From contig JAQUKH010000001.1 in NCBI GenBank assembly GCA_028719205.1, positions 1-64,000 on the forward strand: a stretch of DNA of 64,000 bases, in the 5' to 3' direction. Made by a program: the position numbers and the translations under genes. The notes under the pieces are model-generated. The model worked only from the letters and a program-made list of their open reading frames with translations, did no database searches and was not told the DNA's origin. How positions within the stretch are numbered: the first letter of the stretch is position 1; each line of letters starts with the position of its first letter. The DNA comes from a bacterium. GTDB lineage: Bacteria; JACRDZ01; JAQUKH01. Shown piece after piece: positions 20,705 to 29,562 of the stretch.

Positions 20705-21118
20705 TTACTTTTTAGCCTTTTCAGCTTCATATTTTGACGGACATTTGGCTAACAAAGTTCTTGCTAAAAAAACCCTTTGTTCAGAAAATTTTCCTTCAAC
20801 AATAACCGTAACACCCTCTTTAAAAGTATCAGGAATTGTTCCGTGATACTCTACATTGAGTTTTTCATGCGTTTTTTCATCTTCCATTTCAAATTTTAGA
20901 TTTAAATTATCCTGATCCCATTTTATTGAATTTTGGGTTACTTTGCCGCCCACCCGCATACCCTTATCATTAGATGTAAGGCCTTTTGATAAAACCTCAC
21001 TGACAGTGTAGTAATAAACCATAGTGTCTTTCATCCCGGCGAATATTAAATATCCCACCGCCGCGATAACTACAAGAGAGCCTGCAATAAGTTTTTTCTG
21101 TTTAGATGTTAGTACCAT
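20705..21118 (-). CDS. ccmE: Heme chaperone CcmE, Cys (CxxxY) variant
   Basis: YYYTVSE, RVGGKV, PDTFKEG, LLAKCPSKY. Confidence 0.95.
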   Translation of the reverse strand: MVLTSKQKKLIAGSLVVIAAVGYLIFAGMKDTMVYYYTVSEVLSKGLTSNDKGMRVGGKVTQNSIKWDQDNLNLKFEMEDEKTHEKLNVEYHGTIPDTFKEGVTVIVEGKFSEQRVFLARTLLAKCPSKYEAEKAKK

Positions 21119-21143
21119 AATTTAAATATTAAAATGAAAATTT

Positions 21144-21172
21144 ATTCTATTATATTTTATAAATAATGTCAA
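21144..21172 (-). promoter_or_regulatory. Sigma70-type promoter of the ccm operon
   Basis: TTGACA-17nt-TAGAAT on minus strand. Confidence 0.65.
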
Positions 21173-21245
21173 TGTTTAATTATATTAAAATATTTTAATC
21201 TTCAATTTTAATTGACGATTTATTTATTATGGAATATAGATTAAA

Positions 21246-21392
21246 CAGAAGCGATGAGGCGAAATCAAAAACCGCCCCGATCATATGTCGGAGATGATAA
21301 CAAGGCTAAAAGTTTTTAACTGCGATAACCTTCGAGTTATCAAAAGTAACAAGCCGGTTTAACTTCTCTGATTTGGTCGGGTTTTTTTTTTG
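21246..21392 (+). ncRNA. Candidate orphan structured RNA resembling a degenerate GEMM-I aptamer with terminator
   Basis: Promoter-like TTGACG at 21212, two hairpins, GEMM-like motif order, poly-T end; no downstream sense gene. Confidence 0.35.
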
Positions 21393-21396
21393 CAGA

Positions 21397-23079
21397 CTAT
21401 TTTGTCCGGATTATAATATGGTATCCTAGTTTAGTTTTCACTATTTCACTTATTTCGCCTATTTTTAGTTTTTCAACTACTGCTACAAATTCTTTTATAA
21501 GGTCATCCCTGTTAAATATTCCCAGATCTCCTCCGTTTTTCGAGCTGTATTTATCATAAGACCGTTTTTCAGCCAGGTCTTCAAACTTATTACCTTCATT
21601 TAACATCTTTTTTACTTCTTCAGCCTCCTGCATTGTTTTTAATAATATATGTTTTGCCCCGAATGCCGGCTGTTTTTTAGCATTCTGGTTTGTATTTTTC
21701 GGTTTAGCCGAAAGATTCTCCATAACTTTATTCAGATCAGCCATAACTTTATCATATTCTTCTTTTTTCCCGGAAGCTGAGCCGTGACCTTCATCTTTCG
21801 CGTGTTCTTCCTTTTTATTAAATGCCGCTTTACGATTTTCATACGCATCTGTATAATTCGGGCTGATTTCTAATGCTTTATTAAAATCAGATATGGCTTT
21901 ATCATATTCTTCATCTATAAAAAATGTAAACCCGCGATCGTTATATGCTTTCGCGTATTTTGGATCTATTTCTATGGCTTTATTAAAATCAGCTAAGGCT
22001 TTTTCTCGTTCTCCTTTTATGCCAAAAACTGCGCCGCGATTAGTACGTGCCTTCGCGTCATCCGGGTCGATCTCCACGGCTTTGCTAAAATCAATTATGG
22101 CTTTATCATATTCTTTTTCACCAAAATATGCTATCCCGCGGTTATAAAACGCTTCTCCATAATTTGTATCTATCTCTATAGCTTTGTTATAATCAGACAG
22201 GGCTTTTTCCTTTTCGCCCTTTAGATCATTTACTAATCCGCGATTGGAATATGCTTCCGCGTAATCCGGGTTGATCTCCATTGCTTTATTAAGGTCAGCC
22301 ATAGCTTTCTCATATTCTCCTTTTACGCCAAAAGCTAATCCCCGGGCGGAGTATGCCACCGCATATTTAGTATTTATCTTTATAGCTTTATTATAATCAT
22401 CTATGGCCTCGTCATATTTTCCCATTTCAAAATAAATTTTCCCGCGGTCAATATATGATCTTACATAATATGGACTGATACCAATGGCTTTTGCAAGATC
22501 AGCTAAGGCTTTTTCATTTTCATTTTTTCCCTTGAAAGTTAAAGCCCGGCTGATATATGCTTCCCCAAAATACGGCTGTAGTTTTATGGCTTTGTTAAGA
22601 TCAGCTATAGCTTTTTGATGTTCTTTATTTTTGCTAAAAACTACTCCGCGATTGTAATAGGCCACAGCATAATCAGGGCTGATATCAATGGCTTTGCTGA
22701 AATCAACAATGGCTTTATCATATTCTTCTTTCTTATCAAAAACTAATCCCCGGTTTGAATAAGCTTCCGCGTAATCAGGAACGATCTCTATCGCTTTACT
22801 GAGGTCGTCAATAGCCTTATCATATTCTCCTTTTTTCATAAAAACCAGTCCGCGATGGGAATATGCCTTCGCGTAATTTGGATCGATCTCTATAGCTTTA
22901 TTAAAATCAGCTATGGCTTTCTCATATTCTCCTTTTTTCATAAAAGCTAATCCGCTGCGGGAATATGCCTTCGCGTCATTCGGATCGTTTTCAACGGCGT
23001 TGTTAGGATCTATAAATATTGTGCTGAATCCAATTAAAATAAAAATTATTATTGCCAGTATAAATTTGTATTTTTTCAT
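21397..23079 (-). CDS. Exported TPR-repeat protein with C-terminal parvulin (PpiC) PPIase domain
   Basis: About 11-12 tandem 34-aa repeats (AY.NRG......GEYDKAI.DF.KAIEI.P); AKHILL, GGDLG, GYHII. Confidence 0.92.
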   Translation of the reverse strand: MKKYKFILAIIIFILIGFSTIFIDPNNAVENDPNDAKAYSRSGLAFMKKGEYEKAIADFNKAIEIDPNYAKAYSHRGLVFMKKGEYDKAIDDLSKAIEIVPDYAEAYSNRGLVFDKKEEYDKAIVDFSKAIDISPDYAVAYYNRGVVFSKNKEHQKAIADLNKAIKLQPYFGEAYISRALTFKGKNENEKALADLAKAIGISPYYVRSYIDRGKIYFEMGKYDEAIDDYNKAIKINTKYAVAYSARGLAFGVKGEYEKAMADLNKAMEINPDYAEAYSNRGLVNDLKGEKEKALSDYNKAIEIDTNYGEAFYNRGIAYFGEKEYDKAIIDFSKAVEIDPDDAKARTNRGAVFGIKGEREKALADFNKAIEIDPKYAKAYNDRGFTFFIDEEYDKAISDFNKALEISPNYTDAYENRKAAFNKKEEHAKDEGHGSASGKKEEYDKVMADLNKVMENLSAKPKNTNQNAKKQPAFGAKHILLKTMQEAEEVKKMLNEGNKFEDLAEKRSYDKYSSKNGGDLGIFNRDDLIKEFVAVVEKLKIGEISEIVKTKLGYHIIIRTK

Positions 23080-23127
23080 ATCCGGTTTAGTATATCAAAT
23101 TAAATTCTCTTGTCAAATTGGTAAGTT

Positions 23128-24624
23128 TCACTCTTTACCATTTATTACCATATCTGACATTACCCAGAAATGAAGATAATAAATTGACATTTCGATAGCA
23201 ATAGGAAGCGCTTTTGGTTTTGTCAAGGCGGTTTTTATTAATAGTTTCCAGTACAGCCATTTTTCTTTTGACCTGAATCCGATTATCCAGACACTTTTCA
23301 TAAAAGCTTTTAATTCTCGTAAATTAACCGTTTTTTTTGCTGTCGGTTCATATATCTTTATAAAATTGCCGATCCGTTTGTAATAATTATCCGCTGACAA
23401 ATATAGTTCATCCAGCAATTTTTTATAACCATTGATCAAAGTACCGGGATTCATCTTAGGGACAAAATTCATCTTTATATCCGTATTGTTACCTGAAGCA
23501 AGTGTTAACAGCCGCCCTTCTTTTTTAAGCCTTTCCCAAAGTTTGGTTTTTGGCAGTGCCATTAAAATACCTGTCATCGCAAGCACAATGCCTGTTTCCT
23601 GAACAAATTTTTTGATCTCGTCGAAAACACCGGGTTTATCATTATCAAAGCCGACAATAAATCCTCCGAAAACCATCATCCCGTTTTTTTCTATCGTTGA
23701 CACTCTTTTCCTCAGATCAAATTTCAAATTTTGATATTTTCTGCATTCTTTTAAACTCTCGATATTAAGGGTTTCTATTCCTATGAAAACTTTTTCAAAG
23801 TTTGCCTCGGACATAAGGCCCATTAATTGTTTATCCTCGGCAAGGTCAATGCTGGCCTGAGTAAAAAAGCTGAACGGGTATCCGTGTTTTTTTTGCCATT
23901 CAATTACAGTATTTAAAACTTTTTTAACTTTGATCTTATTGCCGATAAAATTATCATCAACAAAAAAAACACCGCTTCGCCAACCCAGTTTGCGCAGATG
24001 GTCAAGTTCAATAATGATCTGTTCAGGTGTTTTCAGGCGCGGAGTGCGCCCCAGGGTCGTTGTAATATCGCAAAACTCACAGTCATACGGGCACCCTCTT
24101 GAAAATTGGACCGGCATCGTTACATATTTATGTATGTTCACCAGATCCCACATAGGGGCAGGGGTATCAATAAGATCCGCTTTTTTATCTGATGAATAGA
24201 TCCGTTCAGCTTTATTGTTTTTCAGGTCTTTTAAAAACGCGGGTAAAGTAACTTCAGCTTCGCCGGTGATCAGATGATCGACCTCAGCAAAAATATCTTT
24301 TGATCCTGAGAACAACGGGCCGCCGGCAACGATTTTTTTATTTAATTGCCTGCACCTTTTTATAACCTCTTTTGCCGATCCCTGTTGAACGATCATCGCG
24401 CTGACAAAAACATAGTCAGCCCATTTTATACTGTCATCTGTTAGCTTCTCTGTATTTTCGTCTGCAAGTTTTTTTTCCCATTCCACGGGAAGCATTGCCG
24501 CGACGGTTAACAGTCCAAGCGGCGGGTAGGCTGTTTTCGCACCGGTATAAAAATTATGCCTGAGCACATACTGGAACCCCCAAAATGTCGGCGGAATTTT
24601 TGGATATACCAATAATATTCTCAT
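23128..24624 (-). CDS. B12-binding radical SAM protein (DUF4070-type C-terminus)
   Basis: PPLGLLTVAAMLP, SRGCPYDCEFC, VDDNFIGN. Confidence 0.9.
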   Translation of the reverse strand: MRILLVYPKIPPTFWGFQYVLRHNFYTGAKTAYPPLGLLTVAAMLPVEWEKKLADENTEKLTDDSIKWADYVFVSAMIVQQGSAKEVIKRCRQLNKKIVAGGPLFSGSKDIFAEVDHLITGEAEVTLPAFLKDLKNNKAERIYSSDKKADLIDTPAPMWDLVNIHKYVTMPVQFSRGCPYDCEFCDITTTLGRTPRLKTPEQIIIELDHLRKLGWRSGVFFVDDNFIGNKIKVKKVLNTVIEWQKKHGYPFSFFTQASIDLAEDKQLMGLMSEANFEKVFIGIETLNIESLKECRKYQNLKFDLRKRVSTIEKNGMMVFGGFIVGFDNDKPGVFDEIKKFVQETGIVLAMTGILMALPKTKLWERLKKEGRLLTLASGNNTDIKMNFVPKMNPGTLINGYKKLLDELYLSADNYYKRIGNFIKIYEPTAKKTVNLRELKAFMKSVWIIGFRSKEKWLYWKLLIKTALTKPKALPIAIEMSIYYLHFWVMSDMVINGKE

Positions 24625-24745
24625 ATTTTGATTTTATAGAATAATCACAAATAAAATAATGGCTTAAATCAACTTTTTATTGATTTATTTCCGCTTCGAT
24701 ATTTATATGTTGTAACGATTTTAAACATGAGTTAATATTGAAGCT

Positions 24746-25705
24746 ATGTCAAGAGTTACTAAGATACTTATTATTTTATGCATTTTTACGGGGCTCGGGG
24801 CGATTGATATTGATCAAACTGATACAGAAGCAGATTTTCCCATGGCGATCAAAGTATTACGTAAAAGAAAATATCCCGGTGGAGATTTTCTTATTGAAAA
24901 AAAATTATCCAATGGAACAAATTATAGTCAGTTTAAAGTCTCCTACCTGTCTGAAGGCCTGAAGATATACGGGCTTTTAACGGTACCAACTTCTCCTAAA
25001 CCGGAAAAAGGTTATCCGGCCATTCTTTTCGTGCACGGCTATATTCCACCTAAAAAATACACTACTACCGGAAGTTATCCAACCTATCAGGCCGCGCTCG
25101 CGCAAAGAGGCTTTATAACTTTTAAACCGGACCTGCGCGGGCATGGAAATTCTGAAGGAGAAGCAGTCAGCGCTCATTATTCAGAAAAATACGTTGTTGA
25201 TATTATGTACGCCATTTCATATTTAAAAAATTTCAGAGAAGCGGATCCTAAACGGTTAGGCTACTGGGGACACTCAAACGGCGGTGAGACAGGATTGCGC
25301 GTGCTTGTCATTTCTTCCGACATTAAAGCAGCTTCTTTCTGGGCGGGAGTTGTAGGAAGTTATAAGGATATGCTTGAAACATATAACAACAAGATCCGCT
25401 TTCTCAAAAATGGAGACAATCCGCTAGTCGCGAAATACGGCCTCCCGGGTAAAAATAATGAATTTTGGAACAGGCTTGATCCCTATTCTTTTTTGAACGA
25501 TATTTCCGCCCCGGTACAGCTTCATCACGGGACTGCCGACAAAAGCGTGCCGATCGAACTTTCTATCCATCTTAAAGAAGAGCTGCAAAAGTTAAATAAA
25601 AAAGTAGAATATTATGAATATACCGGAGATGACCATAACATCAGCAGGAATTCCGATATAGCATGGCAAAGAACTATTACCTTTTTCAAGAATGAATTAA
25701 AATAA
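24746..25705 (+). CDS. Exported alpha/beta hydrolase (S9 peptidase-like)
   Basis: Signal peptide, GHSNGG nucleophile, HGTADKSV, DDHN. Confidence 0.88.
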   Translation: MSRVTKILIILCIFTGLGAIDIDQTDTEADFPMAIKVLRKRKYPGGDFLIEKKLSNGTNYSQFKVSYLSEGLKIYGLLTVPTSPKPEKGYPAILFVHGYIPPKKYTTTGSYPTYQAALAQRGFITFKPDLRGHGNSEGEAVSAHYSEKYVVDIMYAISYLKNFREADPKRLGYWGHSNGGETGLRVLVISSDIKAASFWAGVVGSYKDMLETYNNKIRFLKNGDNPLVAKYGLPGKNNEFWNRLDPYSFLNDISAPVQLHHGTADKSVPIELSIHLKEELQKLNKKVEYYEYTGDDHNISRNSDIAWQRTITFFKNELK

Positions 25706-25749
25706 TTTGTTTATACATTATTTCTGAAATCGGGTAAAATAATATAATT

Positions 25750-26853
25750 ATGTTTGGAACCATTCTTTTATCTTTTGTTACCTTCTTTCATTTATACGTT
25801 TTCTGGCGTATATATTCAATTCCGTTTCTAAAACGGTCCATTCCAATTAAGACTTTTATTCTTACAGGAATTTTATGCTGGAGCCTGTTTTTTTCAGGAA
25901 GGATCCTGGGAGACGGGAAAACAGGAATATTCGGTAAAATAATCGAATTGGCCGGTATGGACTGGATGGCTTCACTTTTTCTGATCTTTATATGTTTATT
26001 GTTCGTAGATATTATAACTTTATACGGATATTTATTTTCTAAATACACGCCTTCATTAAGGACACTGGCTTTATTAACCGGGATAACGCTTTCGGCCATT
26101 GCTATTGTGCAGGGGGTTCGCGAGCCGGTAATAAAAAAATACGACGTTTACCTCCCCGGCCTCCCCTCTGAAATGGAAGGCAAAGTTATTATCGCGGTAT
26201 CAGATACACATATCGGATCTATTCTCGATAAAAACTGGCTTGAAGGCCGCGTAACACAGGTGCAAACCCAAAAACCTGATATTATATTGCTGTTAGGCGA
26301 TATGATCGAAGGGCACGGCACATCGCCTCAGGATCTTATTCCTATTCTTAAACGTTTATCGGCGCCATTAGGGGTCTGGACTGTTAACGGTAATCATGAA
26401 TCCCACGGGCGGGAAAATACAAACAGATCAATATATAATGAAGCGGGCTTTAATATCCTGAAGAACTCATGGGCGGAACTTTATCCGGGATTTATACTTG
26501 CCGGCATAGAAGACCTTACATCAAATGGCAGAAACGGAATAAAAAAGGATATTATCGCGGAAACTCTCGCGAACAAACCTTCAGGCGCGACCATATTACT
26601 TTCTCATTCCCCGCTTGATATTGAAAATGCCGCGAAAAACGGCGTGAACTTAATGCTCAGCGGGCATACTCACGGAGGACAGATATGGCCGTTTAATTAT
26701 TTAGTTAAACTCCGTTATCCTTATATCCAGGGAGCCTTCAGGGTAAATGGTATGGACCTTATTGTCTCCCGCGGCACAGGCACCTGGGGGCCCAGGATGC
26801 GCTTATGGCAGCCTGGTGAAATTTTAAAAATAACATTGCATAGAAAAGACTAA
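25750..26853 (+). CDS. Membrane-bound metallophosphoesterase (YkuE/YaeI-like)
   Basis: SDTH, GD, GNHE, LSH, GHTHGGQ; N-terminal TMs. Confidence 0.92.
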   Translation: MFGTILLSFVTFFHLYVFWRIYSIPFLKRSIPIKTFILTGILCWSLFFSGRILGDGKTGIFGKIIELAGMDWMASLFLIFICLLFVDIITLYGYLFSKYTPSLRTLALLTGITLSAIAIVQGVREPVIKKYDVYLPGLPSEMEGKVIIAVSDTHIGSILDKNWLEGRVTQVQTQKPDIILLLGDMIEGHGTSPQDLIPILKRLSAPLGVWTVNGNHESHGRENTNRSIYNEAGFNILKNSWAELYPGFILAGIEDLTSNGRNGIKKDIIAETLANKPSGATILLSHSPLDIENAAKNGVNLMLSGHTHGGQIWPFNYLVKLRYPYIQGAFRVNGMDLIVSRGTGTWGPRMRLWQPGEILKITLHRKD

Positions 26854-27239
26854 GGAGCATCCAGTTTTTTAAGGTCCTGTTCTATTTTATTAAGTTCACT
26901 TTCCAGGGCGTCATATTTTTTTTGCAGTTTTTTTGTCTCATTTTCCGCGTCAGCTACCTTTTTTATATATTCATTATTCAAATTTCTTTCATCAATACTC
27001 ATTACGCGGCCGTGTCTTTGTCTCGCGGTAAATATAAGTATTTGCGCCGCGGCATCATCCAGTTTTCCGTCAATGACCTTTTGTTCAGCGGTAATTTTCC
27101 GGTGTCTTTTCAAAAGTTTATTTCTTTTTTGTTCTTTTTTTTGCGCCTCATATTTTTCAGACTTAATGAACATCCTGCCGCATCCGGATGATAAATTAAG
27201 AAGTATGAATATAATAATTATTATGCCTTTAGGCCTCAT
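26850..27239 (-). CDS. Small helical lipoprotein (one copy of the repeat in 29556..32225)
   Basis: Lipobox-like LSSGC; coiled-coil composition. Confidence 0.7.
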   Translation of the reverse strand: MRPKGIIIIIFILLNLSSGCGRMFIKSEKYEAQKKEQKRNKLLKRHRKITAEQKVIDGKLDDAAAQILIFTARQRHGRVMSIDERNLNNEYIKKVADAENETKKLQKKYDALESELNKIEQDLKKLDAP

Positions 27240-27751
27240 TATTGTCCTTCAAAAATTGGTTTTTCTTCCTTTACAAACCATTCCGTGGGATTATTCAGAT
27301 AATTAAATGTATTATCCAGGAGTTCATAATGCTCATTTTCGATCTCTGCGAGTTTTTTAAAAAACATTTTAATATTATTTTCTTTGATCTCTTCTGAGAT
27401 CTCTTTGTAAAATTCAAAACTTTTCTTTTCGATCTCAAGCGCCGTTTTTACAATATCCATTTCATATTTGGCTTTTTTTATTTTCTTCCGATTTTCATTC
27501 GCGTATTTTTTAAATATGGTCTTTGAATCATGGTTTGCTTTTATTTCTATATTATCCGGCCAGTTATTATTTTTTTTAAATGAATCGTAAATAATTAAAA
27601 AAGAATTATAATGTTCTTCTTCATCTTTTGCCAGCGATATTAAAAGATCCTTAATGAGTTTATTTGAGGCTTTCGCGGCGGATTCAAGGTAAAATTTTAG
27701 GCCGTCTTTCTCCATTTCAAGTGCGATCTCCACAGGTTTTATTTTATTCAT
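27239..27751 (-). CDS. Ferritin-like/rubrerythrin family protein
   Basis: Duplicated ALE.EK...FY and E..H motifs. Confidence 0.9.
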   Translation of the reverse strand: MNKIKPVEIALEMEKDGLKFYLESAAKASNKLIKDLLISLAKDEEEHYNSFLIIYDSFKKNNNWPDNIEIKANHDSKTIFKKYANENRKKIKKAKYEMDIVKTALEIEKKSFEFYKEISEEIKENNIKMFFKKLAEIENEHYELLDNTFNYLNNPTEWFVKEEKPIFEGQ

Positions 27752-27808
27752 AATGTTTTCTCCTTTAGTACAAGTTTTTATTGACTTTTTTACTCCATTA
27801 TTTTGAAA

Positions 27809-28024
27809 TTATTTCCTGATCAGAAAAAATACAAGGCTTATTACGATACTTAAAATTATGCAGGTTGTTAACGGAAAATAAAACGAGAACCGTTCGTTTT
27901 TGATCACAATATCTCCGGGCAATTTTCCAAAAGGGATATTGAACTTTTGTAAAAGAAACATCCCGATTCCGGCCGCGACAAGTATTATTCCCGCGATAAT
28001 AAGTGTTTTATAAAGGTTAGCCAT
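27809..28024 (-). CDS. DUF2905 small membrane protein
   Basis: GKLPGDI, FYFPLTTCIILS. Confidence 0.88.
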   Translation of the reverse strand: MANLYKTLIIAGIILVAAGIGMFLLQKFNIPFGKLPGDIVIKNERFSFYFPLTTCIILSIVISLVFFLIRK

Positions 28025-28092
28025 AAAATTATTTTTCTTTTTGCTTTATTTATATTATATCTTATTTTCATATTTATTGATAAAATAATACT

Positions 28093-29562
28093 ATGAAAAG
28101 AAACGTCTTTTTTACATTAATAATGATGAGTTTTATTGCCGTATTATTTGTTTTTGCCGGAGAAATCAAGGAAAATAATAACAACTATATGCATAAAAGA
28201 AAATTATTTAACTTTGACGCAAATGAAGTTGTTAAACCCGACGCCTGCAAGGAATGTCATTCCGATATATATAAACAATGGGAAAAATCAACGCACAGCA
28301 AGGCCTTTATTGACCCAATTTGGCGCGCTGCCACTAAATTATTTTACAGCGGACCTGAAACAACGGGACAGATACCGGAAATGAAGCTTTGTATAAAATG
28401 TCATATTCCTCTTGACTTCAGTTTTGATATTACTAAATTCACTGACGAAAATTATGAAGAATTATTTAATCTTCATTCACAGGCTACTTACTGTAACTGG
28501 TGCCATAATATGAATAAGGCGGTGTATATTGGCAGTTCGGGAATTAACGCGGAAACAAGCCCTGGAGGAATTTATTCTTCGACCATATTAGGCCCCCGGA
28601 AAGATCCAAGATCTATGGATACCTCTGATGATGAAAAAACAAAAATGCATAATACCGAATATTCAGAGTTTTATACTAAATCGGAATTTTGCGGTTTATG
28701 CCATGATATGTCTGAATTAGATAATAAACTCCCTATAGTACAAACTTACAGCGAATGGAAAAAAAGCCCGTATAATACAAACGATCCTAAAATTGCAAGG
28801 AATTGCCAGGATTGCCATATGCGGCAATTGACAGGAGTCCCGGCTACAGGAAGTACCGAAAAAATAAATAATCCCGGAAAAGCCGCGGACAACGGGCCTG
28901 AGAGGGAACATGTCTGGACACACTATTTCGCGGGAGGAAATTCAATAATACCAAAATTTCTTGGAGGCGACATTCATTCATTTCTGGCTATTGAAAGGCT
29001 TAACAACGCTGCAACTTTGGAGATAATTGAGGATGGTATTTATGAAAAGGGTAAAAAAACACAGGTAAAAGTCAAGATCATAAATTCAGGCGCGGGCCAT
29101 TATTTACCGACCGGTATGACTATTCTGAGGCAGATGTGGCTGCAGGTTAAAATTACGGATAAAAAAGGGGCCGAGATATATGGCTCAGGCAAAACGGATA
29201 ACAAAGGAAACCTTGAGAAAAATACCATTATTTATAATACTGTGCTTGGTGATAAAAACGGGAAACCGACTATAAATATCGCGCTTGCCGACAGGATACT
29301 TTATGATAACAGGATCCCTCCAAAAGAGTATGTTATCGAGACCCATGATTTTGTTATTCCTGAAAACGCGGTTTCTCCGATCAATGTCGAAGCCACCTTG
29401 AAGTATCGTACAGTGTCTCCGGAAGTTGTAGAAATTCTAATGGGAGATAAAGCGCCCCATTTGCCGGATAATGTGAAATCCCTCCTGAGTGATAAAATGT
29501 CGGACTTAGCAATTCCCTTTGTAGATATGACAAGTATGACAAAAAATATTGATTTTTATTGA
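28093..29562 (+). CDS. Periplasmic pentaheme cytochrome c (c554/c552-like)
   Basis: Five CxxCH (CKECH, CIKCH, CNWCH, CGLCH, CQDCH), AGHYLPTG, signal peptide. Confidence 0.9.
   Translation: MKRNVFFTLIMMSFIAVLFVFAGEIKENNNNYMHKRKLFNFDANEVVKPDACKECHSDIYKQWEKSTHSKAFIDPIWRAATKLFYSGPETTGQIPEMKLCIKCHIPLDFSFDITKFTDENYEELFNLHSQATYCNWCHNMNKAVYIGSSGINAETSPGGIYSSTILGPRKDPRSMDTSDDEKTKMHNTEYSEFYTKSEFCGLCHDMSELDNKLPIVQTYSEWKKSPYNTNDPKIARNCQDCHMRQLTGVPATGSTEKINNPGKAADNGPEREHVWTHYFAGGNSIIPKFLGGDIHSFLAIERLNNAATLEIIEDGIYEKGKKTQVKVKIINSGAGHYLPTGMTILRQMWLQVKITDKKGAEIYGSGKTDNKGNLEKNTIIYNTVLGDKNGKPTINIALADRILYDNRIPPKEYVIETHDFVIPENAVSPINVEATLKYRTVSPEVVEILMGDKAPHLPDNVKSLLSDKMSDLAIPFVDMTSMTKNIDFY

Noticed and set aside
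21250..21300. Fluoride riboswitch or hammerhead ribozyme
   Set aside because: GCGATGAGG...AAACCGCC resembles the fluoride motif but its pairings are absent; the hammerhead CTGATGA core is missing
21800..23000. Periodic DNA repeats as a possible CRISPR array
   Set aside because: 102-nt period, in frame, encoding TPRs; no repeat-spacer structure or cas genes
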